NCBI GenBank assembly: GCA_963849325.1
Contig: CAWKHF010000014.1
Span: 1-64,000 of the forward strand
Length of the DNA stretch: 64,000 nucleotides
Origin: an uncultured Planctomycetota bacterium
GTDB taxonomy: Bacteria; Planctomycetota; Planctomycetia; Gemmatales; Gemmataceae
Direction: 5' to 3'
Below the pieces are notes generated by a model. It searched no databases, was not told the DNA's origin, and saw only the letters and a list, made by a program, of their open reading frames with translations. Below, piece by piece: positions 55,766 to 64,000 of the stretch. The position numbers and the translations under genes are program-made. The number at the start of each line of letters is the position of its first letter. The first letter of the stretch is position 1.

Positions 55766-56173
55766 ATGACCGCGAAAACGAAATCCAAGGCGAGCAAACC
55801 GATCACCGACAAAGCCCGTCACCTCCTCCAGTTCGCGGAGTCCAGGGCCAAGGAGGTGGCGGACTGGCTGGAATTGCATTTCGCCTTGTTCGGAGTGGAC
55901 GGCAAGGCGACGGAGTTGTTCGCCACGGAGTCGGAACGGTCGGCCTTCTTGCGGAGCGCCGAATACCAACGCATCCTCGCCTTGATGGACACCTTGCCTC
56001 GGCCCAAAAAGGACGAGATGCGTGAATTGATTTCCTCCGCCAATGGGGCCATCAGTGTGCGTTTGCCCCGCTCGGTGCATGCCGCGCTCCTGGCCGAGGC
56101 GAAGGCGGAAGGAGTGAGCTTGAACCAGCTATGCGTGGCGAAACTCATCGCCCAGCTGCGGGCGGTGGTTTAG
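55766..56173 (+). CDS. HicB-family antitoxin-like protein (C-terminal RHH)
   Basis: GAISVRLPRSVHAALLAEAKAEGVSLNQL. Confidence 0.75.
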   Translation: MTAKTKSKASKPITDKARHLLQFAESRAKEVADWLELHFALFGVDGKATELFATESERSAFLRSAEYQRILALMDTLPRPKKDEMRELISSANGAISVRLPRSVHAALLAEAKAEGVSLNQLCVAKLIAQLRAVV

Positions 56174-56227
56174 CCGACCAGCCGAGGAGAAAGAACGCTT
56201 CCGGACACCGCGAGGATGAGGGCTTGC

Positions 56228-58443
56228 TCATCCTCCCGCCGGCAGCGGAAGGACGCGCCACGACAGCAGGTGCAGGGAATATTTGTCGATTACCTCCATG
56301 TCGAGACGGCTCCGGACCTCGCCGCGGCAGTAGAGGGCTTGCTGAAAGAGTCGGCCGAGCGGAGAGTCGAAAGTCCGTCCCGACGCACCGCGCGCGGCGG
56401 CGTCGCGGGCCTGTTCCAGGGTCGGCTGTGCCAGGCAAGTGAAGTCCACCGGCTGCCCCTCGCCGCGGACGGCTATCGCTACCAGATGTTCTTGCGCTGG
56501 TGCATTCGCCGCCTTGAGCCGTCGTGCCGGTGTCCGCAGCTCCTGATTGGCCAGCAGGCGATTCTCCACGGACGTCCCCGGCCGCGGAAAGACGACCTCA
56601 ATGCCGAAACCGCTGTTGACGAGCAGCAGCGTGACATCGACTGCCTCACGCCCCTGGTTGACGACACGCCAGGCGACCCAGTCGCCGTCGGACACCGTCG
56701 CCCCTGGTGTGCCGCCCTTCAAGGGAGTTCCCTCCTCGTCGTTCTCGTCCCGCAGCTTGAGCATCTCCACGTCCACGTTGATCGTGCCGACTGCCCCTCG
56801 CCGCGCCGCACGCACGGTCGGTTTGGTCAGGGCCAGCAAGTTCTCGGCGCGAGCGATGCGGCCGAGCGCTTCCTTCAGTGCCGCCGCCGGTTCGTCACCC
56901 AGGGGAAACCGAGGGCCAGACGATGCCGGCTGGCCGCGAACCGTCTGGGCGGCCTCGGCGGGCAGCAAGAAAAGGCGACCGTCGCGGACCTGCACGACCC
57001 AGCGAGCCTCGCCCAACACGCCGACCATCCGAAAGACGGCACCGGGTTCCTTCTCCCACTCCCGCAGCTGCTTGTCGAGCACGTTGAGGGACGCCGCCTG
57101 GGCTTTCTCGCTCTTGTCCACCGCCACCGGCACGCGGGCAAGGTCGTAGGCCAGCTGCACCATCTCGCAGCGTCCACCCTCCGGCAGTTCCTTCGGCGCG
57201 GCCATGCCCGCATGGGCGTGAGGCTCGACCTCGGACTCCAGGGCGTCGCTGTGGAGGATGTGGACGTGGCCAATGAGCTTGTCCTTGTTGGGCGGATAGA
57301 CGGCGAGGATGCTGCCTTCGCTCAGCCCGCGCAGCCGGCCGCCGTTCACCATCCAGTCCTTGACCGAATCGCGGCGCAGGACGAACTCGGATCGGCCCGG
57401 CCAGCTTTTCAGCCCGAGCACTTCGCGGTCCACGTCCGCCCCGTCGATCAGAGGAGTCGGAGAGGTACGACCCCAGCGCGTGTACTGCGCCCGGATGCGC
57501 TGGGCCAGCTCGCGGTAGGTCAAACGCGCCGCCGGTTCATGGAGGACTTGGCAGAGCGTATAAGTGAGCAGACCGTGCGATTGCCGGACCTCGCCGTCGG
57601 GAGGCAGGAGCATCTCGAAGGTCGGCTCGAAGGGCTGGGCGGCGTACAGCGCGACCAATCGCGGCGGCGCCGGCCGCGGCGCGGCGGCTCGTCCGATGGC
57701 TCGCCGTCGCGCCTTCTCCAGGGCGACGCGGGCGATCACCTCCTCGGCCGGGACCTCGCGCCTACTTCGCCGCCGCCGCGCAGCAGCGTCCCGGAATGAC
57801 ACGAATCCGCGATGAGCCAAACGTGTACTCCTCGATCGATCAACTGCTGCGTTCGCTCGCCCAGTTCATCGTCCGCCAGCACATTGCTCCAGACCTCTTC
57901 GCCGTCCCTGGGCGGCCGGGCGTCGGCGGGCAGAAAGAGTTCGTCCAGACCATCCGCCTCGTCCAGGGGCGGCTGGTCGGGCTGCTGGCTGCCGTGTCCC
58001 GATAGCAGGATGACCACCTGATCGCCGGAGCGAATTCGGTGGAGCAAGCGGTCGAACTCGCGGCGGATGTGGGCCAGTGTCGGGCGGTTGTCATCTCCAG
58101 CCGACTCCGACAGGACCGTGATATTCTCCTCGGGGAAGTGAAAGCGTTCTTGGAGGACTTTGCGCAAAAGGACAACGTCGTTGCCGGGGCCTTCCAGGTT
58201 CGATAGGGCCGGGGGAAGGCAGTCGTAACGAGTGCAGCCAACCAGTAAAGCATGACGGCGATTGCTGGACTTGTCCGTTGCGGGGAGGGGCAAGGGAGCG
58301 GCGCGCGGATTTTCCTCCCTCTCTCGGGTTGATTCCTCGGGCCGTGGCGCGTTCGGACGGCCCGTGTCCCGCGCCGCGCAGCCGACGAGTATTCCCAACA
58401 GCAGAACGGCGAGCAGTCCAGCACGGCGGAAAGGGAGCTTCAT
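56228..58443 (-). CDS. caspase-like (peptidase C14) lipoprotein (frameshift ~57800)
   Basis: LVGC lipobox, HALLVG, LEGPGNDV, SGHGSQ, DSCHSG, HGLLTYTL. Confidence 0.85.
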
Positions 58444-58561
58444 GGGCAGTGCTCTCCGAGAGGAAGGATGGTGAAAGTCCTTTCCACCCTTGACACGTCC
58501 TTTCCCATTTGATCGATTTGAAGGATCGAGTCAAGCGAGGACGGGCGTCAGAGGGGCCGCC

Positions 58562-60918
58562 GTGTTACCGATCGTCTTTCGCAAGCGGTGGGGAGAAGCG
58601 CCGGCCGAGGGCGAGCTGTGGGTCCGGCCGCGACGGCCGGAGGACCGCTCGCGCCGGGCCGTGGCCCTGCTGGTGTGCGAGCAAGGACTGGAGGCGCTGG
58701 AGCGCGGCGACGGGCCAGTGCAACGCCTCGTCGTGGACGGCTCCGGGACGCAGCCGACGCTCGACGAAATGCTGGCGGCCTTCTTCGCCGACCGTCTGAC
58801 CGCCGGCGATCAACTATCGGCTGGCTTCCACGATTTCGCTCGTTACACGCATCTCGTTCGTCACGGGTTGTCGCCCACCGAGTTGCCGGTGACGGAGACG
58901 CTGGAGGCGATTTACCTGGCCATTCGTAACACGGCCGGGTCCGATCTGACCGAGGCCGACAACGCCGCTCGCTTCCTGGCCGGCTGGCAGCGCCTGGCCG
59001 ACCGCATCCGCCGAGCGGTCGAGGCGGGGGAAGACGTCTTCCGAACCGCCCTGTTCCCGCCGAGCACGAGTTCGCGGCGGAGCGGGCTTATCTGCGGCGC
59101 GACGAGGACGTGTACCGTCAGGACGTGGCCCGAGGCGAACGCTGGCGCGTCCACCTGCCCGATGGTCCGCCGCTCAGCTCCGGGTTGCTGCTGCGCCAGC
59201 CGAAAAGTCTGCTTTTCGTGGCCCACAGCCGCCAGGATCGACAGACGCCGACCGGCGAACCGTACCTGTTTCTGGCCGTCGATTGGGGCGCGGAAGAAAC
59301 GGGCAAGCGTTTCTGGGTATTCTCGACCGATCCGGTACAACGCCTGTCGCTGCGACCGCTGGCCGAGCGACTGAGCCAGGCGGAGTCCGCCCTCGATCTC
59401 GCGACGCCGCCGGGCAACACCTCGTGGTACGATGGCCGGGACAGCGATTACACGATGGTGGCCCCTCCGCGCGGGGGCACCCGGCTGCCGGCCGATGAGG
59501 TGCTGCGCCTCGTCAAGGAGTGGGCCGGAGCGGCAGAATCTCCCGCAACCGCGATCGAGGCGGCCCTATCGAAGGACGGCAAGTCCGTTGTCTCGCCGAA
59601 GCGGGCACGGCCCCGGCGGCACCGCTGGTTCGTCGGCGCTGTCGCCTTGCTCGTGCTCCTCGGCGTCACCGGCGCCGTCGTGTGGCGGCATCGGGATCGC
59701 GGCACCGAGAGAGATCCCTGGCGTTCGGTGGCCCCTTTCTACAGCATCAAGCAGCGCATCACGGGCGCGGCCCCCGCGCGGTTCGCCCTGTGGAACCGCA
59801 CCGGACACGAGCAGCGCGTCCGCTTGCAGGTTCGCCTCGAAGTGGACCGGGAGAAACCGCCGGCCAACGTCGGCCCCCTGGAAGTCCGCGTCGTCGTCAA
59901 CCCGGACGGCACGAAGGAGAAGGCCCACAAGGTAACGGCGACGGCCAAGGGAGATGGCATCGAGGTGCCGCTTATCCACGCGGTCCTGGCCGAGGGAGCG
60001 AACACAGTCGAGGTTCGCGTCAGCGAGAAGGCCGGGATGCTGCGGGCCGTGCAGCTGTCGTGCTGGGAGAAGGAGGGTGCCATCGCCAACCTCTACGTCC
60101 TGGCCGTGGGCGTGTCCAAGTACGCCCATCCGCCCGAGGCGGCCGGACTCGACGCCGTGCGCGATCTGAAGTTTGCCGACAACGACGCCGAGGAGTTGGT
60201 CGCCGAACTCCAGGCCCAGGAGGGCAAGCTGTTCCACAAGGTCGCCTGCCGAAAACTGCTCAACGAAAAGGCCAGCCGCGACAACATCGTCAACGGCTTC
60301 GCGTGGCTGCACAGCTGCGTCCACGATGACGCCGGCGACGTGGACTACCGCCTGGCGATCGTGGCCCTGTCCGGCCACGGCGAGAGACATCCGCAGCTGT
60401 CCAGCAAACAATTCTTCTTCCTACCCTACGATTTCAACGAAAAACCGGATCGGCCTTTCGACAATCGCGGTGTCGCCTCCAACCAGATCCGCGATTACCT
60501 GTCGGACCTGGGCTGCCCGGTCATCCTGCTCCTGGATGCCTGCCACAGCGGAGGCTTCGCCTTCGGGCCGATGGACTCCGGCCAGCGCGGCGCCGCTGAC
60601 CCCGAGGCGATCAAGGAAGCGATGCAAGGGCTGGGTCGAACCAAGAACGGCATCATCGTCATCGCCGCCTGCCTGGGCGAGGAAAAAGCCCGCGAATACC
60701 AGGACCTCAAGCACGGCCTGCTGAGTTACACGTTCCTGGAGTGCATTCGCGGACAGAAGCGCCCCAACGCCGAGCAAAAAATCATTTTCCTGTCGGAGCT
60801 GCACGAGCACATGAATCGGATTCCGCGCTCGAAAACGCAAGGACAGGCGTTCGTCATTCAGCCGCTCAACGGGATCTCGCTCAACACCATCCCGCTTGCC
60901 GTCGCGCCGGGCGACTGA
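58562..60918 (+). CDS. membrane-anchored caspase-like (C14) protein with large N-terminal domain (frameshift ~59060)
   Basis: GTG with GAGGGG RBS. TM WFVGAVALLVLLGVTGAVVW; LYVLAVGVSKY, SGHGE, LDACHSG, HGLLSY. Confidence 0.82.
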
Positions 60919-60926
60919 GCGTTCGC

Positions 60927-63900
60927 TCACCGCGCCGCACGGGGCGGCGCCGGCACGGGCGGTTTGCTGAAAGCGTTGAGGTCGCGCAAGATCCGCTCGC
61001 ACGTCGCCTCGTCCAGAACGAACACGTCGCTGCGGTCGGGTTCGGGGATACGGGCGTAGCGGCGTTTCGAGGCGCCTTCCGTGTTGCCGATGTGCAGCAC
61101 GCGCTTGCCGGAGCGCGTCGCCACCTCCAGCACCAACTCCGGCTTGTCCAGGCCGAACAAGGCCAGGTTGGCCCCCTTGTCCACGGCATAGCGGCTCAAT
61201 TTCAGGCCGGCCAGGGCCGCCAGTGTGTCCTCGACCGTGGCCGTATTGATCTTTGCCTCCGACTTGCCGACCGCCTGCCAGCCTGACTCGATCTTCTCCA
61301 ACAGGAATGGGTTGCGAGCGTAGCGGTAGTTGAGCGACTCAACCTGCACCGCATCGACTGGAGGCGTCCACACGGTGCGCGGCCGATATTCGTCGAGCAC
61401 CTTCTGGCTCAGGCCGCGGTCCAGCAGGAAAACGAGATCGCCGTTGGCCAGCTTGGCGTAACGGCGCGGTCCCTTCTCCTCCGGGTTGCCGACGAGCAAG
61501 TTGAGCGCTTCCTTGTCGCCCGACTGCAAGCGCCAGTGCGCCTCGGGGTGGTCGAGTCCATATTTCTTGAGGTCGGCGGCGCCGGGCTTGTCGGCGACGA
61601 GGGCGTCGGCGCGGAGGCGGGCTAGGCTGCCCAGGAAATCGTCGAGTTGGTCCTGCTCGGCCTCGCCTTGCATCGGCTCGGTCAGTTTCCAGGTGCCGTC
61701 CACTTTGCGGAAGACGGCGCGGCGTGGGCCGCGCTCCAGCTGCAAGCGATCGGCGTCGCCGAAGCGGGCGATGCTGCGATCGCGGAAGGTCACGGGATCG
61801 CCGGCCAGACGCTCGGCCAACAGGCGCGGCAGCACGGCAACCGCCTTGCCGTCATCCACCAGGGCAAAGCGTTCGCCGCCGTCGCCGGTCGTCTTGCCCA
61901 GCTTGACGATGTGCTCGGCCGGCTTCTGGCCGGATTTCAGCTTGATCGTCAGCAGGGCCGACGGCGTATCCAGGCCGAACGGTTTCAGATCCTTGGCGGG
62001 ATAGGCGGCGATGCGGCTGGCGCGCAGGTCGCCGAGTTGTCCAAGCAAGTCCTGCATGCCCTTGTCGTCGGCCTTCTCCGCGGCCGGTTTCGTCACGGCC
62101 CAGGCGTCGTCCTTCTTGACGATTTCCAGGATGTTTGGCCCCATGTGACGCTGGAGCGCGAGTACGGCATCGCGGTCGAACTTGAGGACGTTGCGGTTGA
62201 CGTAATCGAGGTAGGTGCGGTCCAGCAGACGGGCCAATTCCGGCGGCAGCACGGCCACGCCCGCTCCTCCATCCACGCGCGCGTAACGGGCGCCCGGCTC
62301 GCCCTCGACGTCCTTGCCCAACTCGACGGCGTGCTTCGCCGGGGCAGGGGCACCATCCGGCTTGCGCGCGCTCACCGTGACGCGGACGGCGGGCTTGTCG
62401 AGACCGTACTTGCCCCACTCGACGGCGCCACCGTAGTCGGCGAAGCGCTCCGCCCGCAAGTTCGACCACAAAAAGCCCAGCGATGCCGTTGCCTCGGCGT
62501 CGGCGGCGTAGGCGCCGGCCGGCGACTCGGTCACGCTCCAGGTATCGCCCTTCTTTTCCAGTGTCAACGAAATGTCACCTAGTTTCACCTGCATGCGCTC
62601 CAGCCGTGCCGGGTCGAGGTGCAGCAGCGTCGTGTCGAGCAGGTCGAGCGCCGCGTGATCGGCAGCGCCGGCGACGGCATCGCCGATCACGAAGACCGCC
62701 GGATCTTCGCCCACCTTCGCATAGCGCGAGGAGGCGCCCTCCGCCGTCGGTTTGCCGATGAGCAGGGTATGCTCCTTGTCGTCCTTCGCCTTCAGGCGAA
62801 CCGTTACGGCCGGCTTGTCCAGGCCGTATTCGGACAGGTCCTTCGCTTCGTGGGCCTTGTAGCTCTCGACCTTCGGCGAACCGAGTTCCGCCGTCATCTT
62901 TTGCACCGTCTCGGCCAGGGCGTTGGCGTCGAACGGCCCGGCGATCTTCCAGGCATTGGCGGAGCGCGCCAGCGTGTACTCCTTCTGGCCCGCCTTGTGG
63001 ATGCGCAGCGAGACGATCTCTTCGGGCAGCACCTGCCACAAGGTCAGCGGCCGATAGCTCAGCGAATCGCGCGTCAACTCCTTGTGGATGTCCGCATTGA
63101 CGGCGAAGATCGGCGATGTTCCCTCGGGTGTATCCGCCAACTGGGCGAAGTATCCGCTCTTGCCGCCGCGCGCCTTGCCGATGCGCAGCAGTCGCGCCGC
63201 CTTCATCTTGTCCGCGAACTCGACGCGAACCGTCAACGCCGGCTTGCCGAGTCCGTACTGCTCTTCCAGTTCCTCCTTCTTCGGCGTCTGGTTGACGTAT
63301 TCGACCGCCTCCAGCTTGCCCAGGTCGCCGGCCAGTTGGTCGGCCTTGAGGGCGTCGGCATCCGCCTTGACCGGATGGACCAACCGCCAGGCGTCCTTCT
63401 CGTGCTCCAGCGTGAACTTGTCGCCCTTATTGTCGATATCGATCTTCGCCACCTCGGACGCGCTGAAGTCGAACAGCCGCTTGCCGCGATACGCCAGGGC
63501 CGGCCGACTGACCAGCGGCTCCAGGCTGTCGTCCACCATGTTGATGCGCGGCCAATCGCCGGCCATGACGTACAGTTTTTTCTTGTCCGTGTCGTGCTTG
63601 CCGATGCGCACCGTCAGCATCCGTGTCTTCTTCTCCTTCGTCTCGCTTCCCTTGATCTCCTCCTCGACGGTGACGGTCACGACCGCTTCTGGTTTGTCAA
63701 ATCCGAACTTTTTCGGATCTTCTTTGTCGAGTACGTCCTTGTCGCGGGCTTGCAGGTCGGACAGCTTGCCGAGCAGGTCCGTCACCTTGCCGTTGTCGGC
63801 CTCGGCGGCGATGGGCTTGGTCAACTTCCAGTTGTCCTTTTCCTTCTCCAGCACGATGTCCTCGCTGGCGTGCTTGATTTCGAGGCGGCGGGCGTCGGCG

Positions 63901-64000
63901 CTGTTGAAGCGGGCGACGTGGGCATCGCGCAGAGTATCCAGGGCGACGAACACGTCCTTGAGCTTGTCGGCCTTGATCTCGAAGATCTGGTCGTTGTACT
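60927..64000 (-). CDS. multi-DUF4340 repeat protein (5' end outside window)
   Basis: About six repeats with W.L..P...AD, [YF]GL[DG].P and L.IG...YA motifs. The ORF stays open to the window edge. Confidence 0.8.
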   Translation of the reverse strand, partial: YNDQIFEIKADKLKDVFVALDTLRDAHVARFNSADARRLEIKHASEDIVLEKEKDNWKLTKPIAAEADNGKVTDLLGKLSDLQARDKDVLDKEDPKKFGFDKPEAVVTVTVEEEIKGSETKEKKTRMLTVRIGKHDTDKKKLYVMAGDWPRINMVDDSLEPLVSRPALAYRGKRLFDFSASEVAKIDIDNKGDKFTLEHEKDAWRLVHPVKADADALKADQLAGDLGKLEAVEYVNQTPKKEELEEQYGLGKPALTVRVEFADKMKAARLLRIGKARGGKSGYFAQLADTPEGTSPIFAVNADIHKELTRDSLSYRPLTLWQVLPEEIVSLRIHKAGQKEYTLARSANAWKIAGPFDANALAETVQKMTAELGSPKVESYKAHEAKDLSEYGLDKPAVTVRLKAKDDKEHTLLIGKPTAEGASSRYAKVGEDPAVFVIGDAVAGAADHAALDLLDTTLLHLDPARLERMQVKLGDISLTLEKKGDTWSVTESPAGAYAADAEATASLGFLWSNLRAERFADYGGAVEWGKYGLDKPAVRVTVSARKPDGAPAPAKHAVELGKDVEGEPGARYARVDGGAGVAVLPPELARLLDRTYLDYVNRNVLKFDRDAVLALQRHMGPNILEIVKKDDAWAVTKPAAEKADDKGMQDLLGQLGDLRASRIAAYPAKDLKPFGLDTPSALLTIKLKSGQKPAEHIVKLGKTTGDGGERFALVDDGKAVAVLPRLLAERLAGDPVTFRDRSIARFGDADRLQLERGPRRAVFRKVDGTWKLTEPMQGEAEQDQLDDFLGSLARLRADALVADKPGAADLKKYGLDHPEAHWRLQSGDKEALNLLVGNPEEKGPRRYAKLANGDLVFLLDRGLSQKVLDEYRPRTVWTPPVDAVQVESLNYRYARNPFLLEKIESGWQAVGKSEAKINTATVEDTLAALAGLKLSRYAVDKGANLALFGLDKPELVLEVATRSGKRVLHIGNTEGASKRRYARIPEPDRSDVFVLDEATCERILRDLNAFSKPPVPAPPRAAR

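Noticed and set aside
55315-56025. 236-aa ORF overlapping the HicB-like gene
   Set aside because: Only 55417 to ~55735 looks coding; the extension is probably a stop lost to an indel.
4732-60918. Mass pseudogenisation or programmed frameshifting across the window
   Set aside because: Indels also break essential gyrA, asd and ribD, with no accumulation of in-frame stops. This is the signature of long-read assembly error.
1-64000. tRNA, rRNA or prophage genes
   Set aside because: None recognisable by eye; a tRNAscan/Infernal run would be needed to exclude them fully.

Overview
High-GC bacterial window, most likely a planctomycete (Gemmataceae-like). The taxon is inferred from gene content and palindromic repeat families, not from a search. 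Single-base indels break many genes, including essential gyrA, asd and ribD, so frameshifts are read as long-read assembly errors and genes are reconstructed across frames. From left to right: (1) an IS5 inserted into an ISH3-type transposase; (2) an unknown gene coupled to a divergent glgB, then cfa; (3) a small integron-like cassette array with no integrase (two 98-bp attC-like sites; VapBC, DUF4279 and CPCC cassettes); (4) a ~26-kb lipid/lipopeptide biosynthetic locus; (5) housekeeping genes (aminotransferase, asd, TopIB, hrpB, PLD, ribD, gyrA, aat); (6) further toxin-antitoxin modules, a divergent pair of envelope-targeted caspase-like proteases, and a truncated DUF4340-repeat protein. The locus in (4) is the most interesting system. 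It has a FAAL-ACP-KS-AT-MT-ACP PKS and a C-A-PCP NRPS that ends not in a thioesterase but in a fused OleA-like thiolase pseudo-heterodimer. It also has an MbtH-luciferase-like monooxygenase fusion, a sulfotransferase, a second FAAL-ACP with the same docking tail as the PKS, an OleD-like reductase, an ABC exporter, a catalytically dead SppA homologue and a ceramide-glucosyltransferase-like GT. A candidate riboswitch/attenuator leader RNA sits upstream of the PKS.
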